A stretch of 64,000 nt of DNA from Alphaproteobacteria bacterium (GTDB lineage Bacteria > Pseudomonadota > Alphaproteobacteria > SP197). The notes beneath the pieces are model-generated. The model made no database searches. It saw only the letters and a list, made by a program, of their open reading frames with translations, and was not told the DNA's origin. The DNA lies in contig OZ219920.1 of the NCBI GenBank assembly GCA_964291415.2, positions 416,001 through 480,000 on the forward strand, given 5' to 3'. Below are positions 9,910-19,095 of this stretch, piece by piece (within the stretch, counting starts at the first letter, position 1; each line of letters begins with the position of its first letter). Both the position numbers and the translations under genes were made by a program.

Positions 9910-11127
9910 ATGGTCAAGGAAAGCGATCTGAGCGAGGCGTCTCGCAATTCCTTCCTGACTCAATACACGTTCGAGGTGTTCGAAGATCGGCCATGGACCG
10001 AACCGCCGCCGAAGTCCGAAAGACGCGTGGCGATCGTGTCCACGGCGGCCATCCATGCGCCCGAAGACCAGCCGTTCGGATTCGGTGCCCATGATTTTCG
10101 GACCTTTCCGCGAAACCAGCGGCAGTTCCTGTGCAGCCACAATTCCGTCAACTGGGATCGAACCGGCATGATGCGTGACATCAATGTCGCGTATCCGATC
10201 GACCGGCTCGAGGAGATCTGCGAGGAAGGCGGCGTCGGCTCCGTGGCCGACCTGCACTACGCTTTCAACGGCGGCACCGATGACGTCGCCAAGTATGAGG
10301 CACACGCCAGGCGAGCCGCGGCCGCGATGAAGGCCGACGGCGTCAACACGGTCGTACTCGTTCCCGTCTGACCAGGATGCACGCGCGCCGTGGGCGGGCT
10401 TGCACATTATCTGGAGCGGGAGGGACTTGCGACGGTCAACATCGCCCTGGTCTACAGGCACGCCGCTGTCGCTCAACCCTCACCACGCGCCCTTTGGGTG
10501 CCGTTCTGGTATGGTCGCCCCCTGGGCGCGCCGAACGAGCCCGCGCTGCAGCGTCGGGTGCTGAACGCCACGATGGCGTTGCTCGATGAACCTGGCGACA
10601 GGCTCTTGAAGGAGTTTTCGCAAGATGCGCCGCCGACGGCAGGCGCGTTGGATTGGCGGCCGCCATTTGATCTGCCGCGCGTTGAAGAAGATGGCGATCG
10701 CAAGGCTCTGGCAGACGCCTTGCGCGATGAAGTCGCCATCATGGCGGCTCGCCACGAAGAGGCGAAAGCCAGGCGGAACAGCAGTTTCGTCGGGCTGAGC
10801 GGACTCTCCCTGGCAGGCGTTGCAGACGTGCTCATCGGTTTTCTCCACGCACGCGAAGAGACAATCACGTCGACCAATCGCCCCGGCCTTGCCTTGAAGT
10901 TCGGTGCGCAGGAATTGGTTGACGCCTATGCGGAATGCGTGATCGCGGCCGGCGGCGCGGACTCGCCCTTTGGGTTCCGCCGCTGGTACTGGCACGAGAC
11001 GACGGCGGGTTTGACAGTGCGCCACCTGGCCGAAATCGCGAAAATCTCGACTGACTATCGGGCCCGGATGGCTGCGCGCTTCCAGTCCTTGCTCCCCAGA
11101 GAATGGGACTTTGTGCCTGGTTCCTGA
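9910..11127 (+). CDS. Selenoprotein of the PrdB/GrdB (proline/glycine/betaine reductase selenoprotein B) family; Sec at TGA 10369-10371 (U154), 405 aa
   Basis: ORFs 9640..10371 and 10390..11127 are in the same frame. Read-through gives VVLVPV-U-PGCTRAVGGLAHYLEREG (UxxC). GGAGGA RBS before ATG 9910. PrdB-like N-terminus (RVAIVST, DINVAYPIDRL). SECIS-like hairpin follows. Confidence 0.88.
10372..10405 (+). promoter_or_regulatory. Bacterial SECIS-like stem-loop
   Basis: TGCA-c-GC-g-CGCC[GTG]GGCG-g-GC-t-TGCA (10378-10404). The G-starting apical loop lies about 19 nt 3' of the UGA. Confidence 0.72.
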
Positions 11128-11399
11128 CTGAAGTCTGACGTGTGCCGAGGAAAGGCGCGCGCCAGACTGCAGTTGGCGCATGCTGAGTGAACTGCGTCGG
11201 GTCCCTTCCGTCAGGGGACCGGTCTCCTCGAAGACCGCTCGCACCGCGGCAGCCCATCACAGGCCGTCTCGAAGACGGGCGTATTCTGGACGCCCACCGC
11301 GCCGGGCGAGTCGGGCCATGGGATTGTGGTTGAAGTTGACGGGCGTCGCCAGGGGACGCCATATTGGCTGTGGTCCAGCGAGTGGGGAGAGCCTCCATC

Positions 11400-11819
11400 G
11401 TGGTTCCGACACGCAGGGATGTCTTGCTGGCGAGCGCGTCCATCGTCGGCGCCGCGCTGATCCCCGTCGGCGTGGCCCACGCCTCGAACAACGTCTTCGA
11501 GGCGATTGACGCGTTCACCGGCGGCGCGCCGCGCCTGGAAGGGGGCATGCTGATCGATGCGCCGGAAATCTTCGACAACGGCGGCGCTGTGCCGATCCGG
11601 GTCGTCGCCGAGGGTGCGCGGCGCATCGCGCTCTTCAACGACGGGAACCCCAATCCCGGCGTTGCGGTGTTCTCGTTCGGCAGGCTCGTGCGGCCGGAAG
11701 CGACGATCCGTATCCGCCTGGCCCGCAGCCAGACCGTGTATGCCGTGGCGGAAATGGCGGACGGCACGTTCCGCGAGGCGTCCCAGAAGATCGCGGTGAC
11801 GGTCGGCGGCTGCGCCTGA
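11400..11819 (+). CDS. soxY: Sulfur carrier SoxY
   Basis: Tat signal TRRDVLL, GNPNP, IRIRLARSQ, C-terminal arm VTVGGCA. GTG start chosen after a GGAG. Confidence 0.88.
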   Translation: MVPTRRDVLLASASIVGAALIPVGVAHASNNVFEAIDAFTGGAPRLEGGMLIDAPEIFDNGGAVPIRVVAEGARRIALFNDGNPNPGVAVFSFGRLVRPEATIRIRLARSQTVYAVAEMADGTFREASQKIAVTVGGCA

Positions 11820-11829
11820 GGAGCGGGCG

Positions 11830-12156
11830 ATGGCGGAACCCAGGCCGCGCGTGAAGCTGCCAAGGTCGATCGAGGCGGGCGTCCCGTTCACGGTCAAGAC
11901 CCGCATCACCCATCCGATGCACACGGGGGAGCGCCACGACAGCGACGGTGTGCTCGTGCCCCGCCAGATCATCAATCGCTTCGAGGTGAGCTACAACGGC
12001 GAGCTGGCGATTTCCGTCGATCTGGAGCCTGCGGTCTCGGCCGATCCCTACGTCCAGTTCGAGATGGCCGTACCGGAATCGGGCCATCTGGAATTCCAGT
12101 GGTTCGACGATGATGGCTCCGTCTACAGCCTCAGCAAGCGGGTTGACGTCGACTAG
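11830..12156 (+). CDS. soxZ: Sulfur carrier SoxZ
   Basis: KPRVK-like start, THPMHTGER, PRQIINRF, PAVSADPY, WFDDDG. Confidence 0.92.
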   Translation: MAEPRPRVKLPRSIEAGVPFTVKTRITHPMHTGERHDSDGVLVPRQIINRFEVSYNGELAISVDLEPAVSADPYVQFEMAVPESGHLEFQWFDDDGSVYSLSKRVDVD

Positions 12157-12898
12157 GGCCGCCGCGCGACGTCGGCCGGCGGGCCTTGCGGCATGTCTGG
12201 CCTCGGGGCTGCTCGCGTTGACGCTGCTGCTGGTGTTCCAGGCCGCCGGCGTATGGAGCGACGACGGCGACCGCGGCAAGGAGCTTTTTGGCCAGTGCAA
12301 GCGCTGCCACCAGGTGGGCAGCGGCGCGGCGCATCGGATCGGCCCTCACCTCAACGATGTCTTTGGCCGCGCTGCCGGCTCGCTCGCAGGCTTCCGCTAC
12401 TCTCCAGCGATGCGCAAGGCCGGTGCCGGCGGCCTGGTCTGGGACGATGCGACCCTCGATGCCTTCCTTGCCGATCCGAACGCCTTTGTGCCACGCTCGC
12501 GCATGAGCTTCGCTGGCATGGAGGGTACGGACGACAGAGCTGCGCTGCTTGCGTGGCTGCAAGGCTATTCCGGCGGCCGCGCCGATCTGCCGCCAGCGGA
12601 GCCAACGGCCACGCCCGAGGAATACGGCCTCGATCCCGCGATTCTCGCCATGGCGGGAGACCCGGAATACGGCGCCTATCTGGCGGGAGAGTGCACCACC
12701 TGCCACCGGACGGACGGCGCCGACAAGGGCATTCCCTCGATTGTGGGATGGCCGGTCGACGACTTCGTGATAGCCTTGCATGCCTACAAGCGAGGAACGA
12801 GGGTCCATGCCGTGATGCAGATGGTGGCTGGGCGCTTGTCGGACGAGGAGATCGCCGCCCTCGCTGCACATTTTCAAGAGGCGGAAGGCAATCCGTGA
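12143..12898 (+). CDS. soxE: Diheme cytochrome c, SoxE-like (start uncertain)
   Basis: Two heme motifs (CKRCH, CTTCH), signal/anchor segment, located between soxZ and soxF. Confidence 0.8.
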   Translation: MTSTRAAARRRPAGLAACLASGLLALTLLLVFQAAGVWSDDGDRGKELFGQCKRCHQVGSGAAHRIGPHLNDVFGRAAGSLAGFRYSPAMRKAGAGGLVWDDATLDAFLADPNAFVPRSRMSFAGMEGTDDRAALLAWLQGYSGGRADLPPAEPTATPEEYGLDPAILAMAGDPEYGAYLAGECTTCHRTDGADKGIPSIVGWPVDDFVIALHAYKRGTRVHAVMQMVAGRLSDEEIAALAAHFQEAEGNP

Positions 12899-12915
12899 AC
12901 CAAGGAGAGCGAGTG

Positions 12916-14202
12916 ATGCGCAAACAGAACGGAAAGAGTGATCTGAGCCGCCGTGGATTCCTTGCATCCGCGGCCGCAGCGACAGCGGCGGCATCGGCGC
13001 CAGCGGTGCTCGCCGAGGGGCGCCCCCGCGTCGTGGTCGTAGGCGGAGGCGCGGGCGGCGCGACGGCTGCGCGCTACATCGCCAAGGATTCGAATGGTGC
13101 CGTGGACGTGACGCTCGTGGAGCCGAGTCGTACCTACTACACCTGCTTCTTCTCGAATCTCTTTATCGGTGGCTTTCGCGAGTGGGCGTCGATCGGACAC
13201 AGCTACGGCGCGCTGGCAGCCAATCACGGCATCAACGTCGTGCACGACTGGGCGGTCTCCGTCGACCGCGACGAGCGGAGCGTCGGGCTCGCCGGCGGCG
13301 GCAGCCTCGCCTACGACCGCCTCATCCTGTCGCCCGGCATCGACTTCCGTGACGGCTCGGTTCCCGGTTGGGACCTGTCGCAGCAGAATCGCATGCCGCA
13401 CGCCTACAAGGCGGGCTCGCAGACTCAGCTTCTGAAGGCGCAGATCGAGGCCATGCCGGAGGGCGGCACCTATTGCATGGTGGCGCCGCCCAATCCGTTC
13501 CGCTGCCCGCCGGGGCCCTATGAGCGGATCTCGATGGTGGCTCACGTGCTGAAGCAGGCCAATCCGACGGCGAAGATCATCATCGTCGATCCCAAGGAGA
13601 AATTCTCCAAGCAGGGGTTGTTCGAAGAGGGTTGGCAGCGCCATTACCCCGGCATGATCGAGCGCATCGGCCCGGACTTCGGCGGCGACATGGTCGAGGT
13701 CAGGCCGGAGGCCATGGAGGTCGTGGTGGACGGCGAGGCCATGAAGGTGGACGTCTGCAACGTCATCCCGGCGCAGCAGGCGGGGCGCATCGCGGCGGCG
13801 GCGGGCATCACCGACGACTCCGGCTGGGCGCCGATCGTGCCGCACACCATGCAGAGCAGGGCCGACGAGAACATCCACGTGCTGGGCGATGCCGCGCTGC
13901 AGGGCGATATGCCGAAGTCGGGCTTCTCGGCCAACAGCCAGGCGAAGGTCTGCGCCATGGCGGTGCGCGGTGCGCTCACCGGATCCTCGGTGTTCCCGCC
14001 GCGTTTCTCCAACACGTGCTGGTCGCTCATCGCCACCGGCGACGGCGTCAAGGTCGGCGCCTCCTACGAAGCGACAGACGAGAAGATTGCCAAGACCGAT
14101 GGCTTCATTTCCCAGACCGGGGAAAGCGCGGAGCTGCGCCAGGCGACCTACGAGGAGTCGCTTGGCTGGTACGACGGCATGACCGCCGACATGTTCAGCT
14201 AG
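12916..14202 (+). CDS. soxF: Flavocytochrome c sulfide dehydrogenase flavoprotein (SoxF/FccB)
   Basis: Tat signal SRRGFL, GGGAGG FAD motif, FRCPPGPYER, MPKSGFSANSQAK, NTCWS. AGGAG RBS. Confidence 0.93.
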   Translation: MRKQNGKSDLSRRGFLASAAAATAAASAPAVLAEGRPRVVVVGGGAGGATAARYIAKDSNGAVDVTLVEPSRTYYTCFFSNLFIGGFREWASIGHSYGALAANHGINVVHDWAVSVDRDERSVGLAGGGSLAYDRLILSPGIDFRDGSVPGWDLSQQNRMPHAYKAGSQTQLLKAQIEAMPEGGTYCMVAPPNPFRCPPGPYERISMVAHVLKQANPTAKIIIVDPKEKFSKQGLFEEGWQRHYPGMIERIGPDFGGDMVEVRPEAMEVVVDGEAMKVDVCNVIPAQQAGRIAAAAGITDDSGWAPIVPHTMQSRADENIHVLGDAALQGDMPKSGFSANSQAKVCAMAVRGALTGSSVFPPRFSNTCWSLIATGDGVKVGASYEATDEKIAKTDGFISQTGESAELRQATYEESLGWYDGMTADMFS

Positions 14203-15229
14203 GCCCGCCGGCGGCGAGGCGCAGGCCGACCGCTCTCGCAGAGACCGCCATGGCCGCCAGCGCCAGCAGGGCGGCAAGGCTTGCCGTCGAGACGCCGGAA
14301 AGACCGGCGCCGACGGTGCAGCCGCCCGCCAGCACGCCACCTGTGCCCATCATCACCGCGCCGGCGAGGTAGCGCCCGGTCTGCCGCGGCCCTTCCAGGC
14401 TCCGCCACTGGAACTCGCCTGCCGCCAGCGCCGCGGCCAGGCTGCCGAGAAGGACGCCCGCCACGAGGCCGGTGCCGAAGCCTGCCGGTATCGAGGTTGC
14501 CGCCACGGTCCAGAACAGCGTGTCGGCCATCGGCCCCGTGAAGCCCATGGACTGCACGGGGATTGGATCGAAATCATCCAGCAGCACAAGGCCCGTGCCG
14601 ATCCAGCCCAGCGGCACCAGCAGCCCGATCGCGCCCGCCATGGCCAAATGGGAGATTTTCGCGCGCGAGAGGAGCGCGCAGACGAGCGCCGCGCCCGCGA
14701 TCAGGAGCGGCCAGACCTCGCCACCGGGCCAGGCCGAGAGCGCCACCGCATCGCCTCCGGGAAGGGTTGCGTCGCCGAGCGCCTCGCGGACCGGCGCCAG
14801 CGCGCCCTTCATCACCGCGTGGGCCGTGATGGCGAAGACGACGAGGACGAGCAGGGCGCGCAGATTGCCGGTGCCGACCAGCACCGTGAGCCGTGAGACG
14901 CAACCGCCTGTCAGCACCATGCCGGCCCCGAAGAGCGCACCTCCCAGCAGTGCGGAAGCGACCGGCAGGTCGGAGGAGAGAAACCGGTGTGCCTCGAAGG
15001 AGATCAGGTCAAGGGCGACGGCCAGCCGGGTGCCGACAATTGCGCACGCGAGCGCCATCACCCAGGTACCCAGCGCCGGCAGGCAGTCGCGCCACTGACC
15101 CACCAGGCTGCGGCGCAGGCAGAAGGCGCTCCGCTGTGCCAGCGCACCGTAGGCGCAGCCCAGCACCAGACCCAGCAGCACGGAGGCCCCGAGCGGCGTC
15201 AGTTCCTCGAATCCCAGCTCCTCGAACAA
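14195..15229 (-). CDS. YeeE/YedE family sulfur-compound transporter (SoxT-like)
   Basis: FCLR, GMVLTGGCVSR and GGVLAGGCTVG conserved Cys motifs; multiple TM segments. Confidence 0.9.
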   Translation of the reverse strand: MFEELGFEELTPLGASVLLGLVLGCAYGALAQRSAFCLRRSLVGQWRDCLPALGTWVMALACAIVGTRLAVALDLISFEAHRFLSSDLPVASALLGGALFGAGMVLTGGCVSRLTVLVGTGNLRALLVLVVFAITAHAVMKGALAPVREALGDATLPGGDAVALSAWPGGEVWPLLIAGAALVCALLSRAKISHLAMAGAIGLLVPLGWIGTGLVLLDDFDPIPVQSMGFTGPMADTLFWTVAATSIPAGFGTGLVAGVLLGSLAAALAAGEFQWRSLEGPRQTGRYLAGAVMMGTGGVLAGGCTVGAGLSGVSTASLAALLALAAMAVSARAVGLRLAAGGPS

Positions 15230-15385
15230 TGGCGCGTCCTCCTGCCGGCAACGTTCATGTCAATCGGGGACGAGTGCGGCCAGACACGGTAGCGCGTAAC
15301 CGGTCGAAATCGTAGGCCCTGTCGGCCAGCGAGCAGGGCATGAGCCGTCATGCGTCCGGACCGAGGGAGAGGCGCGGTGCCTCGA

Positions 15386-16387
15386 TCAGCCCGGCTTGCG
15401 CGCCTCGTGGAAGTACATCGGGGTGAAGATCCCGAGGCGACCGGCCGCCACCAGGCTGTCGGCGGCGCCGTTGAGAACTTCCGATACAGCGAACGATCCC
15501 TTCGGCACGGCGCGCACGGTCTCGAGCAGGCGGAGCGCCGTCGAGGTGACCCTGCGGCCGAGCGCCGTCCGCGGAAATCCCTTGAGCGTCAGGCCGTTGC
15601 CTTCCAGCGGTCGGTACCACGGCGTCGCGGGATCAGCGTCGAATGCGCGGTCACGCGTCTCGATGCTCTCGAAGCCGGTCGCGCGCAACCCGTCACAGAC
15701 CTCTGCGAAGGAAGCGATTTCCGGCAGAGCGTTGCCGCACTCGATGCCCTTCTTGAGCTCCTGGTGCACCGGGTCGCCGCTGTCGTAGAGCGAGGTCATG
15801 CACCAGTCGTAGCCGGCGAATGCCGCCCCGGGACGCAGCACCCGGAATATCTCGCGATAGACCGCCGTCTTGTCGGGTGCATGAGGGATGGCCTCGACAT
15901 GGTAGGCTGCGTCGAAGCTCAGGTCCTGCGCCGGTATCGCCATGAAGTCGCCGTGGAGCACGCTGCACAGATCCTCGAGCCCGGCCTGGCCGTTGTAGGC
16001 GGCACACTTGCCGATCTGGTACTCGCTGATGTTGAGCCCGACGATCTCGGCGCCGAATCTCCTGGCGAGGGCGCGCTGGGGACCGCCCACGCCGCAGCCG
16101 ACATCCAGCACCCGCATGCCGGGCGCGAGCCCGAGGGCCTTGCCCAGGTAGTCCTGGTGGTCGGCCATGGCTTCCTCGAAGGATGCCCCGTCCCGTGCCG
16201 GGGCGAAGTGAAACGACTGGCCCCAGCCGTACTCGTAGAAATCGGTGATCAGGTCGTAGAACGTCTCCACCATGGCGGCATGTTCTTGCCTGCCCCGGCG
16301 CTGGCTGTCGCGGTAGCGCGCCAGCACGTCGGCGGTGTCCTCGGGCCGGACCGCCCGGGAGATCGGGTTGTGGAACTCAGTCGCCAT
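15386..16387 (-). CDS. Sterol C-24 methyltransferase (ERG6/SMT-like)
   Basis: YDLITDFYEYGWGQSFHF, LDVGCGVGGP, EA..HAP, YDWCMT, IECGNALP, PWY.PL, GIFTPMY. Start MATEFH. Confidence 0.9.
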   Translation of the reverse strand: MATEFHNPISRAVRPEDTADVLARYRDSQRRGRQEHAAMVETFYDLITDFYEYGWGQSFHFAPARDGASFEEAMADHQDYLGKALGLAPGMRVLDVGCGVGGPQRALARRFGAEIVGLNISEYQIGKCAAYNGQAGLEDLCSVLHGDFMAIPAQDLSFDAAYHVEAIPHAPDKTAVYREIFRVLRPGAAFAGYDWCMTSLYDSGDPVHQELKKGIECGNALPEIASFAEVCDGLRATGFESIETRDRAFDADPATPWYRPLEGNGLTLKGFPRTALGRRVTSTALRLLETVRAVPKGSFAVSEVLNGAADSLVAAGRLGIFTPMYFHEARKPG

Positions 16388-16803
16388 GGCCAAATGCTCC
16401 GCACGGGCGTTCGGCAAGCCCGTCAGGTTGGAAGTATCCGTACCGCGCACACATCCTGCCCGGCGTGTCGTCTTCCGCAACCCCCGGAGGGCTTCGCCGG
16501 CAGATCTTCCCCTGCCAGATCGCCACGTCCGGTTCCCGATTGAGCAGGACACCGGGATCCGGTGGGCAGCGAACCGGCGGCAGGTCACCCGCCGCTTCAG
16601 CGGTTCAACCGGGGAGTGGGTCCGGAACATCGCTATCTCGCCGATGCCGGGTACGTGGAAATCGAACTTCATGAGACTCCCCGGGCCAGGAAAGGTGATC
16701 GACGCCCTGGATCGCGTATTCTCGAGGACCGGTTTCCCCTATGCTCTGTCAAATGTATATCAGTGGTGGAAACCGCCTTCATTACAATATGATAGAGCAG
16801 ACC

Positions 16804-17811
16804 ATGCTTACAGAAATCAACAACGCCCAAAGACGCCAGTTCGTCGATGTGGTGCAGATATTCGAGGCGTGGGAAGACTCCAGAGCCGAGCTCGCGCGAC
16901 GCTTCGCCGGGTCCATGCGGTGGGCGGAGCGGAAAGGGCACGTTTACCTGTTGCGAAAGCAAGCCAGCCGCGAAGCTTCCCTTGGCCGGAAGACCGGGAA
17001 GACCGAGGAGATCTACCGTGCGTTCCGCGAGGGCCGGGATGCAGAGCGGCACCGATACAAGGAGCTGGGTGCGCGCCTCGAGGAAATGGCGCCGGTGAAC
17101 CGGGCGCTGCGTCTGAACCGCGTTCCGCTCACCACTGCCCGGATTCTCCGCCACCTGGCGAGCGCACAGGTTCTCGGGCGGAACATCTCGGTGGTTGGCA
17201 CCAACAGCCTCTACCTCTACGAGGCGCTGGCCGGCGTCCAGCTGAGGAGCGACCTGCTTGCGACCGGTGACGTCGACCTTCTCTGGGACGCCCGCCAGAG
17301 CCTGAGCCTGTCCGTGAGTGACTTCCGCCGCGAGGGTGTCATCGGCTATCTCAAGCGCGCGGACCGGTCGTTCCGACGCAGCAGAGGTCAGCAATTCCGC
17401 GCCGTCAACCGGCATGGCTTCATGGTTGATCTGATCCCTCCGGTCGGAGACCTGCTGCCGGCCAGCGAAGAAGACCTGGTCGGAGCAGGCATGGAGGGCC
17501 TGGAGTGGCTCGTCAATGCGCCGAAGGTGGACGGTGTCGTCATCGGCGAAGATGGCATTCCGCTTCGATGCTGGTCCGTGGATCCACGTGCCTTCGCCTT
17601 GCACAAGGCCTGGGTGGCGCGGCGGGCCGACCGCGAGCCGGTCAGGCGCAATCGCGACCGGGCCCAGTCGCGGGAAGTGGCGCGGATAGCCGGACAGTAC
17701 CTGGGAATGGAAATGTCGGATTCGGCGCTTTGCGCACTGCCTTCATTCATGCGCGCGTTCGCCGACGATCTCTCCCGCTCTCGCCAGGACGGGATCCATG
17801 ATGATCCCTGA
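16804..17811 (+). CDS. GSU2403-like nucleotidyltransferase-fold protein
   Basis: GSMRW, VVGTNSLYLYE, ATGDVDLLWD, GFMVDLI, DPRAFALHKAW, RDRAQ. Confidence 0.75.
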   Translation: MLTEINNAQRRQFVDVVQIFEAWEDSRAELARRFAGSMRWAERKGHVYLLRKQASREASLGRKTGKTEEIYRAFREGRDAERHRYKELGARLEEMAPVNRALRLNRVPLTTARILRHLASAQVLGRNISVVGTNSLYLYEALAGVQLRSDLLATGDVDLLWDARQSLSLSVSDFRREGVIGYLKRADRSFRRSRGQQFRAVNRHGFMVDLIPPVGDLLPASEEDLVGAGMEGLEWLVNAPKVDGVVIGEDGIPLRCWSVDPRAFALHKAWVARRADREPVRRNRDRAQSREVARIAGQYLGMEMSDSALCALPSFMRAFADDLSRSRQDGIHDDP

Positions 17812-18107
17812 CCCCATCAGGATCAACGGTGAGCCCGTTGCTGCTCTGGTCTTGGCAGTCGGCAGGGGCTGCATTCGTTGCGGCGCACGCACGCGCAGAT
17901 GAGGCGCGCTTCGCGACTGTCCGGAATCAGACGATGGCCGGGGCTCTGTTCCAGTTGAGCGGACCGCGGGGAACAACGGTGTTGAACCCGGCTTCGAGCC
18001 GTGTCGCGTGGCCTGATGGGGCGCGATCTCCATACTCGGAGACATCGGGAATTGGCGTGGCACGATGCGGGTGATGATCGCAATCCGCAACGTGTGCCGA
18101 CGGCGTG

Positions 18108-18443
18108 TCAGGAGACGTCGAGTTCGAGGCGCTCGTTGATCCACAGGGCGTTGTCGCGGTGATCGGCGATGAAGTTGCCGGTCTCCGGGTGGATGAGGAT
18201 GGAGAGACCCTGGTGATTGAGGCTGAGCCAGGGGACCAGGCTGGCGAACTCGCCGGCGGGGAACTCCGCCATGAACATGGGCCTGGGGTGGGGACCGACC
18301 GGCTCGTCTCTCATGCGTCCGAGACGGACGTCGAATCTGGAACCGATCTCCTCGCGCAGCAGGAGCGCCTGGTCGCGGGTTTCGGGGTCATAGCTGACAT
18401 GGGCGTGCCAGAGCGTGATGTCACCCGGATCGTCGAAGGTCAT
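18108..18443 (-). CDS. DOPA 4,5-dioxygenase family protein
   Basis: WHAHVSY, PVGPHP, LSILIHPETG...DH...ALW. Start MTFDD overlaps the grxD stop. Confidence 0.9.
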   Translation of the reverse strand: MTFDDPGDITLWHAHVSYDPETRDQALLLREEIGSRFDVRLGRMRDEPVGPHPRPMFMAEFPAGEFASLVPWLSLNHQGLSILIHPETGNFIADHRDNALWINERLELDVS

Positions 18444-18784
18444 CAGACGGGATCGGTCTCGATTCCCATGTCGGCGAGGTGGCTCTGCAGTTCGCCGCTG
18501 ACGTACATCTCCTTCAAGATGTCGCAACCGCCCACGAACTCGCCCTTGACGTAGAGTTGCGGAATGGTCGGCCAGTCGCTGTAGGTCTTGATTCCCTCCC
18601 GGATCTCCGGTGCCTCGAGGACGTTGATCCCCTTGAAGCGCACCCCGAGGTGGGACAGGATCTGGACGGAGGCCGCCGAAAAGCCGCACATCGGGAACAC
18701 CGGCGTGCCCTTCATGAAGAGAACGACGTCGTTCCCGGAGAGTTCCCTGTCGATCTGCTGCCTTGTGTGTTCGTTCAGTGCCAT
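18443..18784 (-). CDS. grxD: Monothiol glutaredoxin Grx4
   Basis: FMKGTP..PMCGFS and WPTIPQLYVKGEFVGGCDI. Confidence 0.96.
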   Translation of the reverse strand: MALNEHTRQQIDRELSGNDVVLFMKGTPVFPMCGFSAASVQILSHLGVRFKGINVLEAPEIREGIKTYSDWPTIPQLYVKGEFVGGCDILKEMYVSGELQSHLADMGIETDPV

Positions 18785-18858
18785 GGTGTCGGTCTCCTTC
18801 GAAGCGTCGTCTTGTGCCGTGTCCGGCGGTTACATTACGGCAAGCGGCGTGCCAATGG

Positions 18859-19095
18859 CTACTGGTCCGGTGTGCGCGTGGTGAGTGCCAGGGCATGCAG
18901 CTCACCACCCATCTTTCCCTTGAGCGCCCGGTAGACCAGCTGGTGCTGCTGCACCCGTGTCTTTCCGGCGAAGGCGCCGCTGACGACGGTGGCGGCATAG
19001 TGGTCGCCGTCGCCACGCAGATCCTCGATCTCGATCGAGGCATCGGGGAAGGCCTCGAGAATGAGATGTTCGATTTCCGCAGCACTCATGGCCAT
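18859..19095 (-). CDS. bolA: BolA family protein
   Basis: GDGDHY, RVQQHQLVY, LHALAL; adjacent to grxD. Confidence 0.94.
   Translation of the reverse strand: MAMSAAEIEHLILEAFPDASIEIEDLRGDGDHYAATVVSGAFAGKTRVQQHQLVYRALKGKMGGELHALALTTRTPDQ

Noticed and set aside
9640-10371. Two separate genes, 9640..10371 and 10390..11127
   Set aside because: Same frame, UxxC across the TGA and a SECIS-like hairpin indicate one selenoprotein.
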